64,000 nucleotides of DNA from Candidatus Thalassarchaeaceae archaeon (GTDB taxonomy: Archaea; Thermoplasmatota; Poseidoniia; Poseidoniales; Thalassarchaeaceae): NCBI GenBank assembly GCA_943841885.1, contig CALSZZ010000002.1:28262-92261 (forward strand), in the 5' to 3' direction. The position numbers and the translations under genes are program-made. The notes below the pieces were generated by a model. That model worked only from the letters and a program-made list of their open reading frames with translations, was not told where the DNA came from and searched no databases. Of this stretch, positions 41,260-51,108 are shown piece after piece; the stretch's first letter is position 1, and every line of letters starts with the position of its first letter.

Positions 41260-41413
41260 ATTATCGCTGTCCACCCTCATGTAGTATTTCATGTTACCTT
41301 GTATATATGTGAATAGTAACGTTATTACTATGATGTAAATAATATCCAATTAATAAATTTATTATTTATTTAGGACAATGTTCATTTGTATAATTGCTAT
41401 CTAATGAATTAAG

Positions 41414-42088
41414 ATGACCGCCGCACTACCTCACAAACTCTTTGCTGAATTCATTGGAACATTCTTTCTTACATTCACTATATGCCTAACGACAACTTTT
41501 TTTTCCATTCTTTCAGGAGAAACAAGTGCTGCTTTCCCAATTGCTGCAGTACTCATGTTGATGATTTATTCTCTTGGCCATATTTCTGGTGCTCATTTTA
41601 ATCCAGCCGTTACTCTGAGTATTTGGATGGGAGAAAAAATCAATAAAAAAAATGCCTTATTATATTTAGTAATACAGACAATAGCAGGAATAATTGGCGC
41701 TTTATGTTCTATAATAATTTATTATGGCGAATTTCAAACAACATCATTTAGACTTGTATCATTATTGGAATATCATAATTTTATTTCAATAATGTTATCA
41801 GAATATATTTTTACTTTTGCACTGGTATTTGTGATTTTTAACGTAGCCATTTCAGAAAAGACCACTGGGAATAATTATTTCGGTATAGCAATTGCTTCAG
41901 TAGTGTTTACTGGTATACTGACTGTTGGAACCGTTTCAATGGCATCTTTCAATCCTGCAGTTTCTATTTCTTTGGTTGTTGTTGGTAAATTGAAATTAAA
42001 AGAAATATTATGGTTACATATTACGCCTCAAATATTGGGGGCAATAACTGCTATGTATGCATACAATTTCATTGAAGGAAATAATTAG
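41414..42088 (+). CDS. MIP/aquaporin family channel
   Basis: AEFIGTF, ISGAHFNPAVT, second ASFNPAVS; six TM helices. Confidence 0.92.
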   Translation: MTAALPHKLFAEFIGTFFLTFTICLTTTFFSILSGETSAAFPIAAVLMLMIYSLGHISGAHFNPAVTLSIWMGEKINKKNALLYLVIQTIAGIIGALCSIIIYYGEFQTTSFRLVSLLEYHNFISIMLSEYIFTFALVFVIFNVAISEKTTGNNYFGIAIASVVFTGILTVGTVSMASFNPAVSISLVVVGKLKLKEILWLHITPQILGAITAMYAYNFIEGNN

Positions 42089-42099
42089 TAATATTAATA

Positions 42100-45000
42100 C
42101 TACATATTCCTTCGAAATTTACCTCCAGTTTCAAATAGTGCTTGGGTGACTTGACCAACAGTACAATAGTTCACGATATCCATCATTACTTCAAATAAAT
42201 TACCACCTTCTCTTGCAACCCTTTTCAATCTAGCTAAACCTTCTTGAGATTCCTTAAGATGTTCTCTTTTGAATGCTATATTACGTTCAATAACCATCAT
42301 TCTTTCATTCTTATCTGAACGAGTTACTTCTACATCAAATCCCTCTATCGATAATGAATCATCTACATCATCTTTGAAGGTATTTACTCCAATAATTGGT
42401 AATTCACCAGAGTGTTTTCTATGTTCATATATCATAGATTCATCTTGTATACGGTTTCTCTGATAGTTTACTTCAAGCGCACCCAAAACGCCTCCACGCC
42501 TATTCATTTCTTCAAATATTTTCAAAATCTCCTCTTCTACAGAATCAGTTAACCAACCAGCAACATGCGATCCTTGAAGTGGATTTTCATTTTGTAACCA
42601 ACCATACTCTTTTGAAAGTATTAATTGGATTGCTACTGCATCTCTTACAGTATCTTCTGTTGGTGTCCCGAATGCTTCATCACGAGAATTAGTATGTAAT
42701 GAATTAGCATTATCTGCAAGTGCATAAAGTGCTTGTAATGTAGTCCGATAATCATTCCATGTATATTCTTGAGCATGTAGGGACCTTCCACTACTCTGAA
42801 TATGGTATTTCAGTTTTTGACCACGTTCATCAACTCCATACATATCCCTCATAGCAATAGACCATATTCTCCTACATACTCTGCCTATTACTGCATATTC
42901 CGGGTCCATGCCATTTGAGAAAAACCAACTGAAATTTCTTAGGAATTTATTTGCATTAAGGCCTCTAGAATTGAATAACTCAACATATGTTAATCCATTG
43001 GATAACGTCAGTGCTGCTTGAGATATTGGATTTGCTCCAGCTTCAGCAATATGATATCCAGAAATAGAAACAAAGTAATGATTACGAATTTCATTATCGA
43101 CATAAAATTCTGCAACATCTCCCATCATTCTCAATGCAGTATCAAGATTGAAAACTAATGTATTCTGACCCATTGATTCCTTTAACTGATCCGCTTGTAC
43201 TGTCCCTCTAACTGAACTCAAAGTCTTAGACTTTATTTCAGAGTGTTCTTTGTCATTTGGGGAGCGCCCATTATTTCTTTTGAATTTTTTAATTTGTTGT
43301 CTAATTGCTACATTGAAGAAAGCTGCTAAATGCCACCAATAATTCCCATTAATTGTTTTTGATACTGAGGTATTAGGTGCACATAAATCAAAACCTTCAA
43401 ATAATTTTTCCATTTCATCTACTGTGCTTATAGAAACTCCACTTTCACATACCTTTCCAAATATATCCAATCTTTCTTGAGGATCATTTCCATACAAACT
43501 AGGCGAATCAAATGCAACTGATAACCTATTGAAATCTTGATCTTTGGAAAGAAAGTGATATCTTTTATTTGTTCTTTCTGCGCTCCCTTCCCCTGCAAAC
43601 ATTCTGACTGGTAATTCATCCTGTCTCTTGAATGGAAATACTCCTCCAGTATATGGAAATGATCCTGGGATATTTTCTCTTCTTATCCAATTAAAAGTAT
43701 CTCCCCAATCACTATATTCAGGTAACGCTACTCTTGGAACATCCAGTCCTGAAAGTGTTTTTCTGGTTGTTTCTACTGAGATATCTTTATCTCTAACGGT
43801 ATAACTAGCTATCCCAGAACGATACTGATTTGCTTTATTCCTGAAAGTTCGTAAACTTTCCCAAGCACTATCTGGGATATCTGAACGAATAATTTCTGCT
43901 TCTTCTCTAAGTTCTTTAGATGCTACCTTATTTTTATTTGATTCCATTTGTTTGGCGGCAGACTCTAGTTGTTGAACCAAGCGCATTTTTGAGGCAGTTT
44001 CCTCAGTCCTAAAGTGATAGTTTTTGATTACATTAGAAACTTCAGCCAAATAGCCTTGTCTTTCAGGAGGTATCGGAGAGGATCTATGTGGTAAACCGTC
44101 AACTCCCAACCTAGGTTCTGCTGCAGAAAATGTTTTAGAGTATTTATCGTTTATCAAATTAGATAATTTTTTCCAAAGTTGATCCACTCCTGCATCTGCA
44201 AACTGACTTGCAATTGTTGGAACTACGGGAAGATCAGAATTATTAGTATCCCACATCTCTCTATTTCTCTTAAATTGTTTTTGAATTTCTAATAGGGCAT
44301 CTTCTGCTCCCGGCCTATCAAATTTATTTAATACGACAATATCTGCAGAATCTAACATCTCTAACTTTTCTAATTGACTAGGTGCACCATATTCTCTGGT
44401 TGTGACATATAGAGAAATATCAGCAACTTCAGTAATTGCATCATTTCCCTGGCCTATGCCACTCGTCTCTACAATTACTAGATCGAAACCAACTGCTTTA
44501 CATGCTTCTATGGAACGACCTATGCAATCTGCAATCTCTCTACCGCTATTTCTACTTGCAAATGAACGCATGAATAAATTATCATCAGATAGTGAATTCA
44601 TTCTTATTCTATCTCCTAGTAATGCTCCTCCTGTTCTCTTACGTGTAGGATCAGTAGCAAGTAAAGCAATTTTAGTTCCAGGATTGTCTCTTTGTATTCT
44701 TAACATCAATTCATCAGTAAGACTTGATTTTCCTGCACCGCCAGTGCCTGTCAAACCAATAACTGGACATCTTAAACCATCTGTCGATCTGACTTTATCT
44801 AGAATATTATTGAATATTTTTTCATCTTCATTTTCTGCCAATGTAATTAGTTTTGACACTGCAGAGTGTTCATCTGCAAAAATCGGTTTATTTAAAGATT
44901 CAAATCTTATTGGATTAAGTAAGTCATTATTGGATGCTCTTTTCATGGCATCAGATACCATTCCTGTAAGGCCCATTTCTCTTCCATCTTCAGGAGAATA

Positions 45001-45357
45001 TATCTTTGCTATATCGGAATCAAAAAGATGCTTTATCTCACTAGGAAGAATCGTTCCTCCTCCTCCTCCGATCAAACATACATGTCCAAATCCTGATTCA
45101 TCGAGTATTTGCTTAGTGTGAGTGAACATTTCTACAGCGCCTCCTTGATATGAAGTAATCGCAACACAATGAGCATCTTCTTGAATGGCCGCTTTTGCTA
45201 CTTCATCTGCACCCCTGTCATGCCCTAAATGAATTACTTCACAGCCCATGGATTGGAATATTCTTCTAAAAATACCAATCGCAGCATCATGGCCATCAAA
45301 TATCGCTGCTGCGGTAATGATTCGTAGAGGAATCTCTTCACGTTTACCTCTGCCCAC
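42100..45357 (-). CDS. icmF: Fused isobutyryl-CoA mutase / MeaB-type GTPase (IcmF)
   Basis: B12-binding DGHD domain; GTGGAGKSS, DRIRM, ETSGIGQ, NKFD GTPase motifs; mutase RMFAGEG, RGTVQ, SISGYHIAEAG; start uncertain (45357-45423). Confidence 0.9.
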   Translation of the reverse strand: MGRGKREEIPLRIITAAAIFDGHDAAIGIFRRIFQSMGCEVIHLGHDRGADEVAKAAIQEDAHCVAITSYQGGAVEMFTHTKQILDESGFGHVCLIGGGGGTILPSEIKHLFDSDIAKIYSPEDGREMGLTGMVSDAMKRASNNDLLNPIRFESLNKPIFADEHSAVSKLITLAENEDEKIFNNILDKVRSTDGLRCPVIGLTGTGGAGKSSLTDELMLRIQRDNPGTKIALLATDPTRKRTGGALLGDRIRMNSLSDDNLFMRSFASRNSGREIADCIGRSIEACKAVGFDLVIVETSGIGQGNDAITEVADISLYVTTREYGAPSQLEKLEMLDSADIVVLNKFDRPGAEDALLEIQKQFKRNREMWDTNNSDLPVVPTIASQFADAGVDQLWKKLSNLINDKYSKTFSAAEPRLGVDGLPHRSSPIPPERQGYLAEVSNVIKNYHFRTEETASKMRLVQQLESAAKQMESNKNKVASKELREEAEIIRSDIPDSAWESLRTFRNKANQYRSGIASYTVRDKDISVETTRKTLSGLDVPRVALPEYSDWGDTFNWIRRENIPGSFPYTGGVFPFKRQDELPVRMFAGEGSAERTNKRYHFLSKDQDFNRLSVAFDSPSLYGNDPQERLDIFGKVCESGVSISTVDEMEKLFEGFDLCAPNTSVSKTINGNYWWHLAAFFNVAIRQQIKKFKRNNGRSPNDKEHSEIKSKTLSSVRGTVQADQLKESMGQNTLVFNLDTALRMMGDVAEFYVDNEIRNHYFVSISGYHIAEAGANPISQAALTLSNGLTYVELFNSRGLNANKFLRNFSWFFSNGMDPEYAVIGRVCRRIWSIAMRDMYGVDERGQKLKYHIQSSGRSLHAQEYTWNDYRTTLQALYALADNANSLHTNSRDEAFGTPTEDTVRDAVAIQLILSKEYGWLQNENPLQGSHVAGWLTDSVEEEILKIFEEMNRRGGVLGALEVNYQRNRIQDESMIYEHRKHSGELPIIGVNTFKDDVDDSLSIEGFDVEVTRSDKNERMMVIERNIAFKREHLKESQEGLARLKRVAREGGNLFEVMMDIVNYCTVGQVTQALFETGGKFRRNM

Positions 45358-45406
45358 AAGGGCCCGAGAACATACGTCCACAAAAATTAGTCGCATCATT
45401 GCTTGT

Positions 45407-46033
45407 TTAGAATATCCCGCCAATCAGAAGCAATGCAAATATAAACATCAATATACCCATTAAACCATCAATGATATGAGATATTGATTTGAGTTTCAAT
45501 ATTCTATCTCCTGTTGTCAAAACAGTTGCTACGGTCACATACCAAGTGCCATCAATTATCATGCCAAGAAAACCCATTCCTAAAAGAGTTTTAATATCTA
45601 CATCAGCCTCTATGAAAGGTGTATATAATGCCAACATCCATGCTAAAATTTTTGGATTCAGCAATGCAATAAGGAAGCCCTGTATGAATCCTTGCCTATT
45701 CTGAGGAATGAGGTCATTTTCTTGCGAATCATTTCTTGGGCCTTCTTTAGCACTATTGACGAAAATATATCCAAGCCAAACCAGTATTACTATACCTCCA
45801 GTTTTCAATATAATTTCTGTAGACTCGTGTATCGATAAGGCAGTAGCTATTCCTAAGGCTGCAAGAAACGCATAGATTCCAAAACCAATTCCATGACCTA
45901 TTCCTGTCATGACTCCCTGTTGCCGCCCTCCTGCCAAGGTATTTCTTAGTACTACTGCCAGAGATGGTCCAGGACTTATTGCCCCGAGAGTGAAAACTAG
46001 GGTAAGCCCAGCCCATTCTTCTGGGCCCATCAA
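45407..46033 (-). CDS. LysE/RhtB family translocator
   Basis: ISPGPS, GFLIALLNPK, six TM segments. Confidence 0.9.
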   Translation of the reverse strand: MMGPEEWAGLTLVFTLGAISPGPSLAVVLRNTLAGGRQQGVMTGIGHGIGFGIYAFLAALGIATALSIHESTEIILKTGGIVILVWLGYIFVNSAKEGPRNDSQENDLIPQNRQGFIQGFLIALLNPKILAWMLALYTPFIEADVDIKTLLGMGFLGMIIDGTWYVTVATVLTTGDRILKLKSISHIIDGLMGILMFIFALLLIGGIF

Positions 46034-46039
46034 AACACC

Positions 46040-47821
46040 TTATGCGCCTTCATACATTGCTTCGATTTCTTTAACCCAATTTTCTCTAATTTGAATCCTT
46101 CTAATTTTGAGCGTTGGTGTCAATTCTCCAAAGTCAACATTTAGGTCTCTGGGAAGAATTTTAAATTTCTTTATTTGCTCAGGATTACTGAATTGTCCGT
46201 TTAATGATGTGACATGTTCTTGCATTTCAGCATAGGTTTCTTCACTATCTGTGTAGTCTGAAAGTACTTTCCCAAATCCTTCTAGTGTGGTAATTTGTAC
46301 TGCTGGATCCTTTGGAATTTTTGCTGGATCCATGCCATGTTTATCTCTCAAAATAGCACCTACATCTAATGTGAATAATGCGCTACAGTACTTCCTACCA
46401 TCACCAATTAGCATACATTGAGATACCATTGGGATCGACTTCATTGTTTCTTCAATAACTAAGGGTGCAATATTTTTACCTCCAGAACTAACGTATAATT
46501 CTTTTATCCTTCCAGTAATTTTTACGTATCCATCTTCATCTATTTCTCCCTTATCTCCTGAATGTAACCATCCATCAGAATCTATTGTCTCTGCGGTTGC
46601 TTCAGGATTCTTGTAGTATCCTTTCATAATATGCCTTCCTCTGAAAAGAATTTCTCCTGTCTCCGAAATCATTAATTCTGTTCCGCTGAATGGTTTACCT
46701 ACAGTTCCAAATTTATGATTTTTCTTGTACCCTAAACTTGCTCCTGCAGTAGTTTCAGTCATGCCATATCCCTCATATAATGGGATATCCAGTGTATGGA
46801 ATAATTTCAGAATATCAGGATTAATGGGGGCAGCTCCTGTAATTGCATAAATACAATTTGACATCCCAATTGCTTCTTTGGCCTTTTTCTTTATGATTCC
46901 ACCAAGAATTGGTATCTTTGTCAGTTTTATCTTTCCTCCTAATTTAGCCATTAGATTACTGTAAACTTTTTCATAGATTCTAGGTACTCCAATGAACAAA
47001 TGGGGTTGTACTTCTTTGGCATAATCAATAACATTTAGTGGTGCATCGACAACAGTCATATGAAGTCCCCATCTAATGTGTGCATGACAATCTACTAATT
47101 GCCCGAAAACATGAGCGCAAGGTAGCCAAGAAACATATCCCCATCCCCTTTCAAACTCTTGTAATTTCCATACTTCTGCCAATTCAAAATCAATATTATC
47201 ATGACTAAGCTCCACGCCTTTTGGTTGCCCAGTAGTACCTGATGTGTAAATCAAAGTAAAAGTATCCTCTGGAGTAATATTACTGACTCTCTTTTCTATA
47301 TCTGAGTATTCGACACTATTTCCCTTTTCTATAAAATCAGACCAAGTCATACATTTGGGATGTTCAGGCATATCAACTCCTTCCATTAAAACTACTACCT
47401 CGACTTTATCCAATCTATCCATTATTGCATGTAATCGGTGCGCACACATCTTTTCTGTATTACCTCCGTCCATGGGATTATCGCCTACAAAAACAACTTT
47501 TGAATCAGAATTTCCCACTACCCACTCAACTTCTTCAGGAGAACATGTGTGGTAAACTCCGACAGCAGCTCCATTACACATATTTGCCGCATGATAGGAA
47601 GTATACCATTCCACCCTGTTGTAAGAATAAATACTTAATTTGTCTCCTTCTTCAAATCCCAATGCAATTAATGATTTAGCAACCGATGCAGTTTGATCAT
47701 GGAATTCTTTCCAACTAATATGATTCCACTTACCCTGGGAATTTTTTGTAGAAATGGCTTTTTCATTACCATGATTCTTTGCATTTGCCATCAAGTATTC
47801 GGGGGTTGTCATTGCCGACAT
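46040..47821 (-). CDS. Long-chain fatty acid--CoA ligase (AMP-binding)
   Basis: IYTSGTTGQPKG, EGYGMTET, WLHSGD, ITGRIKE, ELTPTLKIRR. Confidence 0.92.
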   Translation of the reverse strand: MSAMTTPEYLMANAKNHGNEKAISTKNSQGKWNHISWKEFHDQTASVAKSLIALGFEEGDKLSIYSYNRVEWYTSYHAANMCNGAAVGVYHTCSPEEVEWVVGNSDSKVVFVGDNPMDGGNTEKMCAHRLHAIMDRLDKVEVVVLMEGVDMPEHPKCMTWSDFIEKGNSVEYSDIEKRVSNITPEDTFTLIYTSGTTGQPKGVELSHDNIDFELAEVWKLQEFERGWGYVSWLPCAHVFGQLVDCHAHIRWGLHMTVVDAPLNVIDYAKEVQPHLFIGVPRIYEKVYSNLMAKLGGKIKLTKIPILGGIIKKKAKEAIGMSNCIYAITGAAPINPDILKLFHTLDIPLYEGYGMTETTAGASLGYKKNHKFGTVGKPFSGTELMISETGEILFRGRHIMKGYYKNPEATAETIDSDGWLHSGDKGEIDEDGYVKITGRIKELYVSSGGKNIAPLVIEETMKSIPMVSQCMLIGDGRKYCSALFTLDVGAILRDKHGMDPAKIPKDPAVQITTLEGFGKVLSDYTDSEETYAEMQEHVTSLNGQFSNPEQIKKFKILPRDLNVDFGELTPTLKIRRIQIRENWVKEIEAMYEGA

Positions 47822-47902
47822 AATTTCTTGGGAAAACTATTCATGCATAAATATTGGTGTATTATTCAACACTTAATTACTAAATTTACAGTTAAATATA
47901 TT

Positions 47903-48646
47903 TTATTTTGGTAAAACCGATTTAAAATTCGCCCTCCAGTCCTTTCCATTATTTTTGTTTGCAAGAGGGGATGCGGGAGATGGATGCCAACAACCTTTGA
48001 GATTAACATTGGTATCATTTAAAGCAATTTTTGATCTTTTCTGAGAATATTTCCCGACACCGATCACTGTTTTTATATTCATTATTTCTACGACTTCTCT
48101 CAGGTAGTCGTCACATCGCTCAACAATTCTTTTTGAAATTATTCCAGGAATTTTATCTGGAGTAATATTCATAGCATTTTCACCTTTAAAAAACATCAGT
48201 GGACAATGATTAACGACAAAAACCTTTGCAAATATATTTTCTGCTGTTCCGTAGTTATCCGATAAAGCACCCCACAATCTAGTACCAGAAATTTCTTCTT
48301 TGTGCCATTTTAATCCTCTAACTTCTCTCTTTGGATGCATCCTTTCTGGTTGTTCAACTGATAAATTTTTAATTTTGAATAAATCTCTTACTATAGTAGT
48401 CGCAGCAAATGGTATTCCCATCTGTCCCATGCCATGTGGACCAGGATTCATGCCTAGTAAGATTGTTTTTGCTCCTTTATCTCCTCCTAGTTTAATAAAT
48501 TCTTTATGTATTTCCCAAGCATAAATCAAAGGATTGTATACATATTCAACAAAACCCTCCTCTAACAATAAATCACTCAGAGGTTGCAGGTCTTTGCTAA
48601 GATTATAAGAAGAGTTAATCAAAGATTCAATAATCATTTTAATCAC
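47903..48646 (-). CDS. SMUG1-family (UDG family 3) uracil-DNA glycosylase
   Basis: YVYNPLIYAW, LGMNPGPHGMGQMGIPF, EISGTRLW, NHCPL, HPSPASP. Confidence 0.88.
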   Translation of the reverse strand: MIKMIIESLINSSYNLSKDLQPLSDLLLEEGFVEYVYNPLIYAWEIHKEFIKLGGDKGAKTILLGMNPGPHGMGQMGIPFAATTIVRDLFKIKNLSVEQPERMHPKREVRGLKWHKEEISGTRLWGALSDNYGTAENIFAKVFVVNHCPLMFFKGENAMNITPDKIPGIISKRIVERCDDYLREVVEIMNIKTVIGVGKYSQKRSKIALNDTNVNLKGCWHPSPASPLANKNNGKDWRANFKSVLPK

Positions 48647-49140
48647 TGCTTGATGTCTACTATTACTGCTCCACTTAGCTTCACTAATTCTTCTGGAGAA
48701 ATAGGAAAAACTGTGTCAAATGTTCCTCCTGCTCCCCATAAAATATCATATTTCAGTAAATCTTCATCGCAAAAGATTACACATTCTTCTAAATGTCCGA
48801 ATGGAGGAATGCCTCCGATTCGATAACCTGTTTTATCTAAAACATACTCTGGCGAAGCGTGACTAGGTTTATACCCTAATATTCTTTTTAATTTCTTTTT
48901 CCTATCTACTTTATTACTGCCCGAGGTCACTACTATGATTGCAGAATCCTTACCAACAAAAACAATCGATTTAGCGATATTCGATATTTCACAACCTAAT
49001 TGTCTTGCGGCATCTTCAGAAGATTTCGTGCCTTCTTTGTATCTTTTCGCCTTTGGTAAAAAACCTATTTTCCGACATTCTGCGATCCATACATCATGCC
49101 TATCCATATTAGCCTCAAAAGGACAATCAAATTTTATCAT
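48643..49140 (-). CDS. YbaK/EbsC aminoacyl-tRNA editing domain protein
   Basis: AARQLG, IAKSIVF, TGYRIGGIPPFGH, GAGG. Confidence 0.88.
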   Translation of the reverse strand: MIKFDCPFEANMDRHDVWIAECRKIGFLPKAKRYKEGTKSSEDAARQLGCEISNIAKSIVFVGKDSAIIVVTSGSNKVDRKKKLKRILGYKPSHASPEYVLDKTGYRIGGIPPFGHLEECVIFCDEDLLKYDILWGAGGTFDTVFPISPEELVKLSGAVIVDIKQ

Positions 49141-49232
49141 TAGGGTATCTCAAGTCTTTTAGGATAAAAAAACTCCAAATGTAACAATACTTCCGCATTA
49201 TTCTTCACCAATGGTCGAGTGCGAAATGATAC

Positions 49233-50669
49233 ATGGATTGGCCCATCGGTCCTTATGAAACTTCAATGGGAGCACTTTTACTATTGACTCTTCCAATGCA
49301 CCGGTTCTTGACAAGGGATGAACCAGAACAAAGAATTCCTTTGCGAAATTTAACTAATGAAATTAAAGAAAAAGGATATTATTGGCATATCAGTTTATAT
49401 TTGTTGATGTTCTTATATAAGGCGGCTATTGATCATCATAATGAGCCTATTAAAGCAAAAGTCGGAGGCTTCACGCACTGGATATATCGCATTGAAGGTA
49501 ATTGGACTAGTAATATCCAAGAAATTTTTTTAAATGATAGTTTAACAAATATACTTTCCGCTCATTATTTATTCATGTATTTATTTATGATATGGTTTTC
49601 TCCAATGTACTATATATTAAGCAATGATAAAATAATGGCCGATAAGGCCGCTTTGAATTATTTCGTCATATATCTCCTCAGTGTCCCATTTTATCTTTTT
49701 TTTAATATAGAAGTAACTTCTAGTTATATTAGTGGCATGGATGCTCTTTTGTATCATGATTCTTTTACATTATCATTTTTTACAGCTAACGATCCAATGG
49801 ATAATGCAATCCCAAGCCTACACATAGGTTTGCCAATTGGTCTATTAATAATTAATAGATTACATTGTAGAAAATTGGGAATAAGTATTAAAAAATGGAG
49901 ACATAGAGAATTTGATTTATTTATATCTGCTAATGTATTAATTTACATTTTCTCAATTCAATATTTGGGAATACACTGGTTAGTAGACATTATTCCAGGT
50001 ATAGGATTGGCTTTGATAACTTCATATTTTGTCAACCATATACAACCAAAACTGAGATCTAAAAAATATTCAATAATTAAATTACTTTCACCTTCTAGAA
50101 AACAATTATATTCTATAGTTGGAGTGTCTCTCATTAGTTCATTTATGATTTATTTTATAGTTATCTACGGGCCAGGAGTTAATGACGAAATTCCTAATTA
50201 TAGAATTGGCTCAGACGATATAAATCTTGAAACTATAGAAGTACATAGTTTATCTAATCCTGTGGATGTCGAGGTAATTAATATAGGAGATATAAGATTA
50301 GAATTGATGCTAGTAAAAACAAATATAGCTGAAAAATATGCCGAAAAAGGTGTCTTTGATTGGAATGAATTATCTTCAAAAGGTCAAATATTCTCTCTTT
50401 CTCCCAATAATATCACTAGTTTCAATGTGAACACAGAAAGTATTTATGATTCATATGTAATCTTAATTAGATTAGCGAATATTGAAAATTGTTTAGATTG
50501 TTTTATTTCAGATGAACAAGTTGGAGAGGTTAGGATAACAACTCATTATTTCGATGATGAATTAATATGGACAGCATACATACTATCACTCCCATCTTTC
50601 TATATCCTTGGTTTTGTTTTAGGTATGAATTATAAGGAAATAGTGAGCAAAAAAACTCCCCATGAATAA
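49233..50669 (+). CDS. PAP2-superfamily (AUR1/IPC-synthase-like) membrane phosphotransferase with extra C-terminal domain
   Basis: NAIPSLHIG and YLGIHWLVD catalytic motifs; multiple TM helices. Confidence 0.75.
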   Translation: MDWPIGPYETSMGALLLLTLPMHRFLTRDEPEQRIPLRNLTNEIKEKGYYWHISLYLLMFLYKAAIDHHNEPIKAKVGGFTHWIYRIEGNWTSNIQEIFLNDSLTNILSAHYLFMYLFMIWFSPMYYILSNDKIMADKAALNYFVIYLLSVPFYLFFNIEVTSSYISGMDALLYHDSFTLSFFTANDPMDNAIPSLHIGLPIGLLIINRLHCRKLGISIKKWRHREFDLFISANVLIYIFSIQYLGIHWLVDIIPGIGLALITSYFVNHIQPKLRSKKYSIIKLLSPSRKQLYSIVGVSLISSFMIYFIVIYGPGVNDEIPNYRIGSDDINLETIEVHSLSNPVDVEVINIGDIRLELMLVKTNIAEKYAEKGVFDWNELSSKGQIFSLSPNNITSFNVNTESIYDSYVILIRLANIENCLDCFISDEQVGEVRITTHYFDDELIWTAYILSLPSFYILGFVLGMNYKEIVSKKTPHE

Positions 50670-51023
50670 TCCTGAACAGCTTCCTAATCCTATCCAAATT
50701 CCTATTCTAAATGCTGGAAAATTATATCTCCAAAGATATATCGTTTGAGAAATCCATGCGAGAATTACTATCACAAACCATACAAAAAATACTAATTGAG
50801 GAATAATTCCAATAATTATCGAGGTAATACATCCGCCAATTAATTCATAACGATTGCCGATATTTTTAGGTGAGAAATAAAGAAGAAAAGAAATGAATAT
50901 AAGGCAAATCATCGGTTTAAATAATGAACTTGAATTTTCTAAAATGCCAAATATACAAGCTAGTGAAAAACCAACTGATAACGGAAAAATTATTGGCCAT
51001 ATCGGCATAGACTCCCATCTCAT
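50619..51023 (-). CDS. Hypothetical membrane protein
   Basis: 134 aa, highly hydrophobic; 3' end overlaps the PAP2 gene by 51 nt. Confidence 0.65.
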   Translation of the reverse strand: MRWESMPIWPIIFPLSVGFSLACIFGILENSSSLFKPMICLIFISFLLYFSPKNIGNRYELIGGCITSIIIGIIPQLVFFVWFVIVILAWISQTIYLWRYNFPAFRIGIWIGLGSCSGLFMGSFFAHYFLIIHT

Positions 51024-51108
51024 ATTGCTATGGAAACACTTTCACTCCATCAATGCTATGAAATTATTGAAGCGATTAATTCATATTACTGTAGTTGCCC
51101 AAGGGACC

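Noticed and set aside
41260..41349. Hydrophobic N-terminal extension on the cold-shock protein
   Set aside because: AT-rich upstream sequence open by chance; the canonical MAQGTVKW start at 41259 has a GGGTGG RBS-like site
44402..45121. 239-aa plus-strand ORF and the many other short antisense or alternate-frame ORFs
   Set aside because: Shadow frames of well-supported genes (here icmF); Ser/Ile/Phe-rich antisense composition and no motifs
50893..51108. 72-aa N-terminal extension of amnB in the ORF track
   Set aside because: Overlaps the divergent membrane gene; AmnB similarity starts at ATG 51109
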